A stretch of 64,000 bases of DNA, taken from positions 2,829 through 66,828 of the forward strand of contig DATNMH010000052.1 in assembly GCA_035602395.1 (NCBI GenBank), written 5' to 3'. The stretch is from Candidatus Acidiferrum sp. (GTDB lineage Bacteria > Chloroflexota > Dormibacteria > CF-121). The notes beneath the pieces were generated by a model. The model had not been told where the DNA came from. It ran no database searches and saw only the letters and a list, made by a program, of their open reading frames with translations. Both the position numbers and the translations under genes were made by a program. Every line of letters starts with the position of its first letter. The first letter of the stretch is position 1. Below, piece after piece: positions 8,292 through 17,850 of this stretch.

Positions 8292-9767
8292 TTAGTCGCC
8301 GATCAGGGTCCGAACTGTCCCGGTCGTCCAATCGGCGACCGCGATCCGGTGGTTGTTCGTGTCGGCGATGTAAAGGCCGTCGACGCCGGCACAGACACCA
8401 CCGGGCTCGCGGAAGGCCGCCGAATGCCCGTGGCCGTCCGCCCGTCCCGCGACACCGCTCCCGAGCCAGGTCGTAACCGCACGGCGTCGTGCGTCCAGTC
8501 GCTTGACCTTGTTGTTGTAGCTATCGGCCACATACAGGGTGTGGTCCCGGCTGCTGATCCCAAGCGGATGCTGGAGGCGGACCGCGTCGCCTTCGCCGTC
8601 CTGGTCGCCAAAGACGAACAGGTCCTCCCCGACCAGGGTGGTCACATGGCCCGTCTTCAGGTCGATATCGCGCACGGCGCTGACCTCGGAGTCCGCGACG
8701 TACAGGTGCCCATCGAGAATCGTCAGTCCGCTCGACTGGGCGAACCACGCCTCAGCCTTCGGTCCATCGAGCAGACCCTCACGTCCGGTTCCGGCAAACG
8801 GCGCAACCGTGCCGTGGTCGAGGTCCAGCGTCCAGATCTGGTGAGTGCCGGCCATCGCGATGTAGAGGAGGCGATCCGCGAGCGCCACGTCCCAGGGCGA
8901 GCTCAGCGCCGCCGACCGGCCGGGCCCACCCTTGCCCGCTTGGAGGGCTTGCTCCCCCGTGCCCGCGACGGTCGTGACGAGACCAGACTGGAGGTCGATA
9001 GCGCGGATCGCGTGGTTTTCCGTGTCCGCCACGTAGAGGGTCGAGCCGGATCGCGCCATTCCCTGGGGTTGCTGAAACGTGGCGCGGTCCGCCGGCCCAT
9101 CTGAGAACCCCGGTACCCCGGAGCCGTAGGTGCGCCGGATCACGCCGTCGAACCCGGCCGAGACGATGCGGTGATGGTTGGTGTCGGCGATGAACAATGA
9201 GTCTGTTGTCGCCAGCACTTTGCCGGGGAAGCTCAGGGTTCGCGCCGGTTCGCGGATTTCCTCGAGCGCGATCGGCGACGCCGAGCCATGGAGCAGCCCG
9301 CGGTCCTCGAACTCCTTGAGCATCCCGGAAACGACCGGATCGAACTGTTCGAAGGGCAATTCGCCCTCGTGCTTTCCGATGACGCGCCCCTCCGGGTCGA
9401 TGAACATCAGCGTCGGCCAGGCCCGACCGCCGAAGCGCTCCCAGACCTTGAAGTCGCGGTCATTCACCACCGGGTGCTCGATGCGATAACGAAGCACCGC
9501 TTCCCGCAAGTTGGCGGTCTCGCGCTCGGCCGGGAACTTGGGCGAATGGACGCCGACCACGATGACACGGTCCCCATACTTGCGTTCGATCTTCCGCAAC
9601 TGCGGAAACGTATGCATGCAGTTGATTCAACAGAACGTCCAGAAATCGATGATCGCCAGCCTCCCGCGCAGGTCGGCGATGTGCAGCGGCCGGGAAACGT
9701 TCAGCCAGTCGAGCCCATCCGGGAAGTCGGGAGCACGAACCGTGCCCGCGTAGGTATGAACGGCCAT
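8292..9767 (-). CDS. thioredoxin-fold / six NHL-repeat protein with in-frame TGA (9627-9629), candidate selenoprotein
   Basis: Track ORFs 9627..9815 and 8292..9617 share one frame. Read-through gives DFWTFC-TGA-INCMHTFPQL. NHL repeats present (YVADTENHAIRAIDL, YIADTNNHRIAVAD and others). Start chosen at ATG 9767. Confidence 0.75.
9592..9607 (-). promoter_or_regulatory. candidate bacterial SECIS-like hairpin
   Basis: RNA UUCCGC-AGUU-GCGGAA: 6-bp GC-rich stem with a G/U-containing loop. It starts 19 nt 3' of the UGA. Confidence 0.45.
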
Positions 9768-9838
9768 CCCGGTCAATGGTACCGACGCGGTGCGGAACTT
9801 TTCCCGGCGTCCCACGTCGTAGAGGGAGAAGCGTTCAG

Positions 9839-10225
9839 ATGAAGCGGTTCATTGCCTCGATCACGCTCTCGATCGCGCTGGCAGCCTGCGGTGCGCAGGC
9901 GGCGCCGCCCGCTCCGTCCGGAACCGGCATCCAGGGCGTGGTCCAGTCGGGTCCTACGTGCCCGGTCGAGCGGATCAACTCACCCTGTCCGCCGCACCCG
10001 CTGGCGGCGACCGTCGTGGTGCGCGATGCGGCCGGTCATGAGGTGGCGCGGACACACTCGGGTGCGGATGGACTCTTCAAAGTCGACGTGGCTCCGGGAA
10101 CCTATACCGTCGTCGGCCTCAACATCGGTTCCAGCATGCTTCCGCGGCCGATCCCGACAACGGCGACGGTGACGTCGGGGAGCTACGTCACGATCAACGT
10201 CGAGTACGACAGCGGGATCCGTTAA
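9839..10225 (+). CDS. lipoprotein with carboxypeptidase-regulatory-like fold
   Basis: Lipobox signal MKRFIASITLSIALAAC. AGAGGGAGAA SD upstream. Beta-rich domain with GLFKVDVAPGTYTV. Confidence 0.65.
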   Translation: MKRFIASITLSIALAACGAQAAPPAPSGTGIQGVVQSGPTCPVERINSPCPPHPLAATVVVRDAAGHEVARTHSGADGLFKVDVAPGTYTVVGLNIGSSMLPRPIPTTATVTSGSYVTINVEYDSGIR

Positions 10226-11191
10226 CTAGTTGCCGATATGCGCGGCGGGAATCGTCCCCATCCGGCCGCGACGGTAGTCATCGAAGGCCTGGGCCAATTC
10301 TTCGTGCGTGTTCATCACGAACGGTCCGTACCACGCCACCGGCTCGCCAATCGGCTCGCCGCCGAGGACGAGCACCTCGAGGTTCGGCGACCGGCCTTCC
10401 TGCGTGAGGTCGGCGGTCACGGTGATCACGTCGCCCTCACCGAAGGCCGCCAGCTGTCCGGTTCGGATGGGCGTGCGCGTGGCCCCCACCGATCCGCGTC
10501 CCGCGAGCACGTACACCAGCCCATTGAACTCCCGCCGCCAGGGAAGACGGAGCTCGGCTCCCGGATAGACCGTCGCGTGGAGCAGGCTGATCGGAGTGTG
10601 TGTCACGCCCGGGCCTTTGTGACCCGCAATATCTCCAGCGATCACTCGCACCAGCGCCCCGCCGTCGTTGGAGGCGAGCAGGGTAACCCTGCCGGCGCCG
10701 ATGTCCTGGTAACGGGGCGGCGTCCACTTCTCGTCGGCCGGAAGATTGACCCAGAGCTGGATGCCGTGGAACAGTCCGCCGCTGGCGATCAACGCCTCCG
10801 GCGGCCGCTCGATGTGCAGGATGCCGGCCCCAGCCGTCATCCACTGGGTGGCGCCGTTCGCGATCAGGCCGCCGCCGCCAGTGGAGTCCTGGTGCTGAAA
10901 GGTACCGTCGATCATGTAGGTCACGGTCTCGAAACCGCGATGCGGATGCCAGGCCGTGCCCTTCGGCTCGCCCGGGCCGTACTCCACTTCACCCATCTCA
11001 TCCATGTGGATGAAGGGATCGAGCACGCGCTGGTCGAGCCCGTAAAAGGCGCGACGTACCGGGAAGCCTTCGCCCTCGACACCCTTGGGCGCCGTGGTGA
11101 TGGCGAGCACGGGCCGATCGACGCTGGTTGTTGCATCAAGACCCGGCAGCCGGGGGAGGGTCAGGATATTGTCGACGGTAACGGCCGGCAT
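10226..11191 (-). CDS. pirin family protein
   Basis: 321 aa with pirin cupin motifs (HPHRGFETVTYMIDG, GATQWMTAGAGILHIE). Confidence 0.9.
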   Translation of the reverse strand: MPAVTVDNILTLPRLPGLDATTSVDRPVLAITTAPKGVEGEGFPVRRAFYGLDQRVLDPFIHMDEMGEVEYGPGEPKGTAWHPHRGFETVTYMIDGTFQHQDSTGGGGLIANGATQWMTAGAGILHIERPPEALIASGGLFHGIQLWVNLPADEKWTPPRYQDIGAGRVTLLASNDGGALVRVIAGDIAGHKGPGVTHTPISLLHATVYPGAELRLPWRREFNGLVYVLAGRGSVGATRTPIRTGQLAAFGEGDVITVTADLTQEGRSPNLEVLVLGGEPIGEPVAWYGPFVMNTHEELAQAFDDYRRGRMGTIPAAHIGN

Positions 11192-11199
11192 GACCTTAG

Positions 11200-11661
11200 C
11201 TATAACTCTCGCGCAAGAGTGGCTATTCCGGCGCGATAGAGCAGCGCCACGTAGGCGGACATGGCCAGCGCGAAGCCGACCGCCATCAGCATCGAACTGA
11301 AGTCCTGGCGATAGTTCAAGAAGCTGCCACCGTTGAAGCCGGCGGCGAGCACGCCGACGAAACCGAGGGCCGCCAGCGTAATCCGTCCGCTACCGCGGAG
11401 CCGGATCGCCTGCACCAGAGTGCCCAGCGCGGCGAGCACCAGCACCAGACCCCAAATCGCGTGCAGCGTGAGCCACAAGCCGCCGTGCAGGATTGCCCAG
11501 CTGACACTCGTCAGCACACCGCCGAAGTATTCCGGTGGGTTCGCCCCTGGATGATCGGTTGGAATCTTGACGAACAGGTTGACGGCCATCCCGAGCAGGA
11601 ACTGGACGATCAGGGCCCCGAGCGCAAACGCGAGCGTCGTGCGGAATCGGTTTTCCTTCAT
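11200..11661 (-). CDS. hypothetical 4-TM membrane protein
   Basis: Start at ATG 11661 preceded by GAGGTG. Four hydrophobic helices. Confidence 0.6.
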   Translation of the reverse strand: MKENRFRTTLAFALGALIVQFLLGMAVNLFVKIPTDHPGANPPEYFGGVLTSVSWAILHGGLWLTLHAIWGLVLVLAALGTLVQAIRLRGSGRITLAALGFVGVLAAGFNGGSFLNYRQDFSSMLMAVGFALAMSAYVALLYRAGIATLAREL

Positions 11662-11725
11662 CGGCACCTCATATCGCATCGAGGGTAACAGCCGGTTGCC
11701 CAGGCCTTCCGGTAACGTCATCGGC

Positions 11726-12676
11726 ATGCGGATCGGCGTGATGATCGAGGGGCAGGAAGGGTTGACCTGGGATCGATGGTTTCGCATCGCGGACCGGGTG
11801 GAGTCGTTGGGCCTCGACTCGCTCTGGCGCTCGGATCATTTTTTTAGCCTCATGGGTCATCCGGAGCGACCCGCGTTGGAGTGCTGGACCTCGCTCACGG
11901 CGCTGGGGCAGCGGACTCAGCGGATCCAGTTCGGTCCGCTGGTCAGCCCGATGACGTTTCGTCACCCCGCCCTGCTGGCGCGGATGGCCGCTGCCGTCGA
12001 CGGGCTCTCCGGCGGCCGGTTGGTTCTCGGCGTCGGCGCCGGATGGAACGAAGTGGAGCATGAGGCGTACGGGATTTCGCTGCCCCCGCTCAAGGAGCGG
12101 TTCGATCGCCTGGAAGAAGGTATCGCCATGATCAAGGCGCTCTGGACCGGAGGCCCGGTCGATTTCGACGGTCGCTACTATCGGCTGCACGGCGCGGCAG
12201 CCTATCCGCGTCCGGTGCAGCAACCGGGTCCGGCGCTGCTCATCGGGGGCGACGGCGAAGTCCGGCTGCTCCGGATCGTGGCGCGCGATGCCGACGAGTG
12301 GAACAGCCATGCACCTGGGCCTGATGCCTACCGCCACAAGCGCGCCCGGCTGGAGGAGTATTGCCGGACCGTTGGTCGCAACCCCGATGACATCCGGCGC
12401 TCGTGGATGGGTGGCGCGCTGATCGGCCGTGACGCATCTGAGGTTCGCGAGAAGGGCCGATGGCACCAGTCGTTTCTCGCCGCGCTGGCGAACGTCGCGC
12501 CCGAGGCCGCGCCCGACGAGCTGCGCCGGCGGAGCTGGATCGTCGGGACACCGGATCAGGTGGCAACCGAGCTGGAGGCCTTTGCGGCGCTCGGTGTCGA
12601 TCGTGTCATGTTCCAGTGGTACAACCTCGACGACCTCGACGGACTCGGCTTACTGGCCCAGGTGAACCACCTCTAG
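11726..12676 (+). CDS. LLM-class (luciferase-like) F420-dependent oxidoreductase
   Basis: MRIGVMIEGQEGLTWDRW...GRLVLGVGAGWNEVEHEAYG is typical of the Rv1855c-like LLM family. Start at ATG 11726. Confidence 0.85.
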   Translation: MRIGVMIEGQEGLTWDRWFRIADRVESLGLDSLWRSDHFFSLMGHPERPALECWTSLTALGQRTQRIQFGPLVSPMTFRHPALLARMAAAVDGLSGGRLVLGVGAGWNEVEHEAYGISLPPLKERFDRLEEGIAMIKALWTGGPVDFDGRYYRLHGAAAYPRPVQQPGPALLIGGDGEVRLLRIVARDADEWNSHAPGPDAYRHKRARLEEYCRTVGRNPDDIRRSWMGGALIGRDASEVREKGRWHQSFLAALANVAPEAAPDELRRRSWIVGTPDQVATELEAFAALGVDRVMFQWYNLDDLDGLGLLAQVNHL

Positions 12677-12685
12677 GAGGAAGAC

Positions 12686-13174
12686 ATGGCAAACGCGAGC
12701 GACCCGATCAACCAGGCCAAGGACGAGCTCGAGCGACACGTTGTCGACCCGATCAGCCACGTTCCCCGTCTCGTGCTCTCGCGGCATGTCTCCGGCGAGC
12801 GTCTCCTCGACCGCGTCGCCGATGTCGTCAACCAACTGATCGGCTCCATGTACCTGTTCGTCCTGATCACCATCGGCATCGTCGCCTGGCTGTTCGCCGG
12901 CAACATCGTTGGCTTCGACAAGACACCCTGGCCGCTGCTGCTGACCATCCTCAATTTGCCGCAACTGTCGATCATGATCTCGCTGCAAGTGAGCGCCAAC
13001 CGGGCGCTAGCGGCCGGCGATGCCCGGGCGATTGCGGATCACGAGACCTTGCACGCGATCCACGAACTGGCCAAGATGCAGATCCAAATCCTGGATGGAC
13101 AGAACAAGGTCCTCGACGGACAAAACCAGGTTCTCGAGCTGCTGAAGCTCGCACATCCCGCGCCCGCCACATAA
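12686..13174 (+). CDS. DUF1003-like membrane protein
   Basis: Two TM helices (MYLFVLITIGIVAWLFAG, PLLLTILNLPQLSIMISLQ) plus a C-terminal coiled coil. Confidence 0.7.
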   Translation: MANASDPINQAKDELERHVVDPISHVPRLVLSRHVSGERLLDRVADVVNQLIGSMYLFVLITIGIVAWLFAGNIVGFDKTPWPLLLTILNLPQLSIMISLQVSANRALAAGDARAIADHETLHAIHELAKMQIQILDGQNKVLDGQNQVLELLKLAHPAPAT

Positions 13175-13179
13175 CGGCG

Positions 13180-14655
13180 TCAGCCGGGGCCGTAGTTGAT
13201 CATGACATTCTTGATCTGGGTGTAGCTCGCCAGCGCCTCGACACCCTGCTCCCGACCGAAACCGCTGCGCTTGTAGCCGCCGAATGGCAAACCGATGCTT
13301 CCTTCAACGCTGTAGCCGTTGACCCGCACCTGGCCTGACTGGACGGCGGTCGCCACCGCCAACGCCTTGCTCAGATCCTTGGTCCAGACGCCCGTGACCA
13401 GCCCGTAGGGGGTGCCGTTAGCGATGGCGATCGCCTCGTCGATCGACTCGAAGGTCGTGACGGTGAGCACCGGCCCGAAGATCTCTTCCTGCTCCAGGAC
13501 CGATCCGCGCTCGACCCGATCGAGCAGGGTTGGCTCGATGAAGTAGCCGGCCGCGAGCTCGCCGTCCTGCGCGCGGGCGCCGCCGGTGACCGCGGTCGCC
13601 CCATCGCGGGAACCCGCCGAGATGTAGCCGAGGACGCGCTGCATCTGGCGCTCGCTGACCACCGGCCCCATGTCAGGGTTGTCGACGCCGCGTCCCAAAC
13701 GGATCGCGCCGATACGTTTCGCCAGCAGCTCGACAAATCGATCATGGGCCCCCTGCTCGAGCAAGAGACGGGTCGGCGCGGTGCAGGTTTGCGCCGCGTT
13801 CTGCATCAAGATGCTGGCCGACGAGGCAGCGGCGCGCTCCAGGTCGGCGTCGGCGAAGACCACGTTGGGGGACTTGCCTCCGAGCTCGAGCGTCACCGGC
13901 ACGACGTTGTCCGCGGCCGCCTTCATGATCGCAATGCCGGTGGGCACCGAGCCGGTGAAGGTGATGTGGTTGATGCCGGGATGCGACGCGAGCGCGGCTC
14001 CCGTTTCTCGTCCGCCGGTCACGACGTTGAACACGCCGGCAGGAATGCCCGCCTCGATGGCCAGCTCGGCCAGGCGCACGATGCTCAACCCCGCCTCGGC
14101 CGCGGGTTTTGCCACGACCGCATTACCGGCGGCGAGCGCGGGCGCGATGCCTCGCGACGCGAGACGCAGCGGGTAGTTCCAGGGCACGATCTGGGCCGAA
14201 ATGCCCAGCGGCTCTCGAAGCGTGAAGTCGACGAAACCCTGACCGAGCGGAATGCTCGAACCGAACAGCTTGTCTGCCACCCCGGCGAAAAACTCGAAAT
14301 AGCTGGCCGCGGCGGCCACGTCGTCCTCGGCCTGGCGGAGCGGCTTGCCGACGTCGAGGCTTTCGAGCTCAGCCAGCTCGCTGGTGCGCTCCCGAAGCAG
14401 TCCGGCCAGCCGATTCAGCATGCGTACCCGACGCACCGGAGGCAGGCCGGCCCAACCCTGCTCCACCGCCTGGCGGGCCGCGCCGACGGCGGCATCGACA
14501 TCGGATTTGTCGCCGAGGGCGACGGTCGCGAAGACCTTCCCGTCGGCCGGGTCGATGGCCTCGAAGGTCGCGCCCGACCGCGACCAGATCCGCTGCCCGT
14601 CGATGAACATTCGCCCGTCGACGGCGCGCTTTGCTGTCTTGCTCGGATTCGCCAC
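13180..14655 (-). CDS. NAD(P)-dependent aldehyde dehydrogenase
   Basis: 491 aa with ALDH motifs (VTLELGGKSP, FQNAAQTCTAPTR-type Cys region, EEIFGPV). Confidence 0.92.
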   Translation of the reverse strand: MANPSKTAKRAVDGRMFIDGQRIWSRSGATFEAIDPADGKVFATVALGDKSDVDAAVGAARQAVEQGWAGLPPVRRVRMLNRLAGLLRERTSELAELESLDVGKPLRQAEDDVAAAASYFEFFAGVADKLFGSSIPLGQGFVDFTLREPLGISAQIVPWNYPLRLASRGIAPALAAGNAVVAKPAAEAGLSIVRLAELAIEAGIPAGVFNVVTGGRETGAALASHPGINHITFTGSVPTGIAIMKAAADNVVPVTLELGGKSPNVVFADADLERAAASSASILMQNAAQTCTAPTRLLLEQGAHDRFVELLAKRIGAIRLGRGVDNPDMGPVVSERQMQRVLGYISAGSRDGATAVTGGARAQDGELAAGYFIEPTLLDRVERGSVLEQEEIFGPVLTVTTFESIDEAIAIANGTPYGLVTGVWTKDLSKALAVATAVQSGQVRVNGYSVEGSIGLPFGGYKRSGFGREQGVEALASYTQIKNVMINYGPG

Positions 14656-14739
14656 CCCGTTAGCCTACTGGTGTCAGGACGGCGTCATCTGGGTAGATTC
14701 ACTACGTAACGGAGGTCGGATCGCGGAGGAGCTCATCGG

Positions 14740-15330
14740 ATGCGCACCATCGCCACCTACCTGACCAGTAGACGGAACCTCGCCGGATCGGGGCTCGCCC
14801 TGCTGGCCGCCGCGCTGCTTGTGATCGATCCCGTCGGCCCGCAGGGGATCGTGCTGGTGATCGGCTTCTACCTGGCCGGGGTCCTGGCGGTGCGCAGAAC
14901 TCCCAAAGTCCATCGACTGGGCTTCGACCCGGTGCAGCTGCAGCGGTCGCTCCTTAAGGAGATCGCCGCTGTCGCGGGGCGGGTTCCGCCGGAGGTCTGG
15001 ATCCGGATCCAGCGGATCGAATTGACCATCCGAGCCGAAATCTTGCCGCGTCTCGATTGCCTCCCGCTCGGCGCGCCCGAGCTCTACCTGGTCGAGCGCA
15101 CCGCGAGCGACTTCCTGCCGACGGCGGTCGAGACCTACCTGCGGCTGCCTGCCGGCTACGCGTCACCAGACGGGGCGACGGCTTACCACGTTCTCGTTGA
15201 CGAGCTCGACCTGCTCGAGACCCAGATGCGGCGGGTTGCCGAGGTCGTCCAACGCGCGGACATGGACCGGCTGCTGGCGCATCGCCGATTCCTCGAGGAC
15301 CGGTTCAGACCGCTGGATCTATCAGGATGA
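14740..15330 (+). CDS. hypothetical membrane protein (possibly XpaC-like)
   Basis: Two N-terminal TM helices and a helical C-terminal domain. Family assignment is by recollection only. Confidence 0.5.
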   Translation: MRTIATYLTSRRNLAGSGLALLAAALLVIDPVGPQGIVLVIGFYLAGVLAVRRTPKVHRLGFDPVQLQRSLLKEIAAVAGRVPPEVWIRIQRIELTIRAEILPRLDCLPLGAPELYLVERTASDFLPTAVETYLRLPAGYASPDGATAYHVLVDELDLLETQMRRVAEVVQRADMDRLLAHRRFLEDRFRPLDLSG

Positions 15331-16260
15331 GGTCGGGCGGCGAAGCACAGGCCGCACCGAAACCGGCAGCAACCGCCAGACGCCGAAGGCGAGCAGCAGC
15401 AGGAGGATGAAGGGCAGGACGACACCGGTCACCACCAGCATGCCTCCGATGACGGCGACGAATGCCTGGCCCGCGGTGGCAAACGATTGTCCGAGCCCGC
15501 TGCGATCCCACAGGCTTGGCTGCACTGGAGCGGCCGCCACCGTGAACAGGTGCACGGTGATCGTCGAGTAGGTCGTCCGCTGGTCGAGGAAGCGGATGCG
15601 CCCCTCGATCTGCTCGATCTCGCCGGTGACGGTCGAGAGCTGGTTCTGGACCGCGATACTGTCCTGAATATTCTGGGCGCGCCTCATCAGGTCGAGCAGG
15701 ATCGCCTGCTGGGCCTGCTGGTTCTTGAGCCGGGACTGCAGGTCGACGTACTCGCCACTCACGTCCTGGCTGGTCACCTGAAGCTGGTTCGGCGTGCCAA
15801 GCTGGCGGAGCGCCCCGAGCGCGTCGCTATAGCTGGAGGCCGGGACAGCTACCGTGATGGTGCCGGCGTTGGTCTCGCTCGCCGTCGCATCGCCAACTTG
15901 TGAGCTGACGAGGTACCCGTTGAAGCGGGTGGCGATCGCCACCGCCTGGTTGTAGCTGTCCCAGAACGCGCCGGACTTGATCCGAATCCCGAGCGAGGCG
16001 TCCTGGATCACCTTCTGGTTGCCCTGGGCAGTCAGCACCGCATTGGTCGCCGGCTGGACGGCAGGTCCGCCGGAGCCGATCGCACTCTTGTCAGCACTCG
16101 CGTAGTCCACCGAGCCCCCACCCTGGGCCAATCCGCCGCTGATCGAACGGGGAGCGGGTGCGGCGCTGGTGGTGGAGGCCGAGCCGCAGGCCGCCAGCAC
16201 TCCGCTGAGGCCAAGGATTCCGACGAGCAGCGCCAGGCGGACGGGCGGCATGGTTTTCAT
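15322..16260 (-). CDS. DUF4349-like lipoprotein
   Basis: Lipobox [25 protein letters not shown], central coiled coil ([15 protein letters not shown]) and C-terminal TM helices. Start at ATG 16260. Confidence 0.7.
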   Translation of the reverse strand: MKTMPPVRLALLVGILGLSGVLAACGSASTTSAAPAPRSISGGLAQGGGSVDYASADKSAIGSGGPAVQPATNAVLTAQGNQKVIQDASLGIRIKSGAFWDSYNQAVAIATRFNGYLVSSQVGDATASETNAGTITVAVPASSYSDALGALRQLGTPNQLQVTSQDVSGEYVDLQSRLKNQQAQQAILLDLMRRAQNIQDSIAVQNQLSTVTGEIEQIEGRIRFLDQRTTYSTITVHLFTVAAAPVQPSLWDRSGLGQSFATAGQAFVAVIGGMLVVTGVVLPFILLLLLAFGVWRLLPVSVRPVLRRPTSS

Positions 16261-16320
16261 TTCGACCCTAGGACGGGGACCGGCCGGAAAAGTTCCCGTC
16301 GCCCGAAGTAAGCTTGAACG

Positions 16321-16635
16321 ATGAGTCAGCCGGTCGACCTTTCGCCGCTGCAGCGCGAGCTCGATAACCTCCGCCTGCAGCTCTGCCACTGCGACAATGC
16401 CGGCACCTGTTTGGGGTGCCAGGGCGTCGAGATGCTCCGTCAGCAGGCCTCGATGGTCGTCTCGGCGGCCACTCAGCCGGTGCTGCTGCAGGTCGCCCAG
16501 GAGAGCCAGGCAAAGGAGCTTGTCAAGCAGGTCCAGGAGATGCAGGAACGGCTCCTTCGCGACCCAGAGGCCGCCAAGGCGCTGGAAGAGTTACTGAAGT
16601 ATTTCCAGGGACCGACCGAAGAGACGAACCACTAA
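16321..16635 (+). CDS. hypothetical small protein with CxC-x5-CxxC motif
   Basis: 104 aa with strong GC3 bias. Contains the motif [13 protein letters not shown]. Confidence 0.5.
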   Translation: MSQPVDLSPLQRELDNLRLQLCHCDNAGTCLGCQGVEMLRQQASMVVSAATQPVLLQVAQESQAKELVKQVQEMQERLLRDPEAAKALEELLKYFQGPTEETNH

Positions 16636-16649
16636 GACGCCGCGGGGGT

Positions 16650-17282
16650 CTACGCGGTTGCGGGAACGGCCGTCACGACCACCCGCTTGTTGTCCACCCA
16701 GTTGGGCCAGCACGTGAACATGGTCAACCGGACGTCGTTGGTGGGCCGCAGGATCTCGACCGCGGTCGGGGCGACAATCGCCCGCGCCGACACGTGATAG
16801 ACGACCGCCTCGCCGCCCGCCGTGGTGACGTCCAGCTCGTCGCCGATCGCCAGCTCCTGCAGGCGGCCGAAGATGCTGCCCTCGATGTCGTCGTGACCGT
16901 AGAGGACCGCGTTACCGCTGCCGATTGGGGAGGAGTTGGCATAGTGGGTAACCGCGTAGCCCTTGGCGATCAGCATGTTGCCGCTGGCGTCGACACCGCG
17001 GTCGAAGATCTGGGCGTTCTTGATGCCCAGCTTGGGAACGGTGAGATAGGCCACGATCTGGCTCGGCCCCGCGCCCGTGGTGCTGCCGGTTCCGGGGAGG
17101 AGGAATTTTGGATGCTGATGTGGCGGCGAGAGCGGGTCGCCCAGGGCCGGGATCGGCTGGATGGCGACGTCAGGCGGACCGGTACGGACCAGGCCGAGGG
17201 CCGGCAAGGAGGTCGCCATCAGCACCAGACCACCCGCAATCAGCAGTCCGGCTATCAGATTTCGTCTCATCGCTCCCATCAT
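16650..17282 (-). CDS. sortase family transpeptidase (class E-like)
   Basis: Signal anchor, catalytic His (LYGHD), TxxC (TMFTCWP) and Arg (NKRVVV). Start is ATG 17282/17279 or 17270. Confidence 0.8.
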   Translation of the reverse strand: MMGAMRRNLIAGLLIAGGLVLMATSLPALGLVRTGPPDVAIQPIPALGDPLSPPHQHPKFLLPGTGSTTGAGPSQIVAYLTVPKLGIKNAQIFDRGVDASGNMLIAKGYAVTHYANSSPIGSGNAVLYGHDDIEGSIFGRLQELAIGDELDVTTAGGEAVVYHVSARAIVAPTAVEILRPTNDVRLTMFTCWPNWVDNKRVVVTAVPATA

Positions 17283-17309
17283 AGTCAGCCGAAATCGGGA
17301 GCCTGTCAA
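17281..17309 (-). promoter_or_regulatory. candidate promoter of the sortase gene (would give a leaderless or near-leaderless mRNA)
   Basis: Minus strand TTGACA (17304-17309), 17-nt spacer, GACTAT (17281-17286). ATG 17270 lies about 10 nt downstream. Confidence 0.3.
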
Positions 17310-17343
17310 GAAACAAGGGCGCCCGGCTCGAAGCCGGGCGCCC
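17305..17343 (-). terminator. rho-independent terminator downstream of the HU gene
   Basis: Minus strand has a 12-bp stem GGGCGCCCGGCU/AGCCGGGCGCCC followed by UUGUUUCUUG. Confidence 0.75.
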
Positions 17344-17390
17344 TGGCGTGAACGACACGCGCGCCTTTCCACACCGGGGCGCGCTATTGT

Positions 17391-17738
17391 CTAGGCGGCC
17401 TTCCGGGCGGCCGTACGGATATAGGCCTCGCGAACGGCCTTCGGGAACGACCAGCGCGGCTTCTTGGACGCAGGCCGCGCCTTCAGCATGATCGACTCGC
17501 CGGTGAAGGGATTGGTGCCTTTCCCTGCCTTGCGGGCTTTGACGTCACGCGACGCGAGGGCGCCAATCTCGGGGAACCGCACGCGCATGCCGCGCGCGCC
17601 GGCGGCAACGGCCGCCTCAAAGGCGTCCTTGACGGCCCAGCTGAGGTCTGACTTCTTGACCTTATGGCCCTTCTCGGTGAGGTTCTCGTGCACCAGGCTG
17701 ACGAACGTCGACGCGGTCCATTTTTGCGTTTTCGGCAT
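17391..17738 (-). CDS. HU/IHF family DNA-binding protein
   Basis: 115 aa with the arm region RDVKARKAGKGTNPFTGESIMLKARPASKKPRWSFPKAV. Confidence 0.85.
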   Translation of the reverse strand: MPKTQKWTASTFVSLVHENLTEKGHKVKKSDLSWAVKDAFEAAVAAGARGMRVRFPEIGALASRDVKARKAGKGTNPFTGESIMLKARPASKKPRWSFPKAVREAYIRTAARKAA

Positions 17739-17850
17739 CGTGTCCTCCGTGTTCTAAATCCGATGGGCCAGGAGCCCTGTCGAGGGATGCAAACGGGGAC
17801 GCGGCCGAAAACGTGCTATTTCCGGCGAAATTGCCAGAAAATGAGCCGGC

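Noticed and set aside
9776-9838. N-terminal extension of the 9776..10225 ORF (MVPTRCGTFPGVPRRRGRSVQ)
   Set aside because: It overlaps the 5' end of the divergent NHL/thioredoxin gene and lacks an SD. ATG 9839 follows AGAGGGAGAA and opens directly with a lipoprotein signal peptide.
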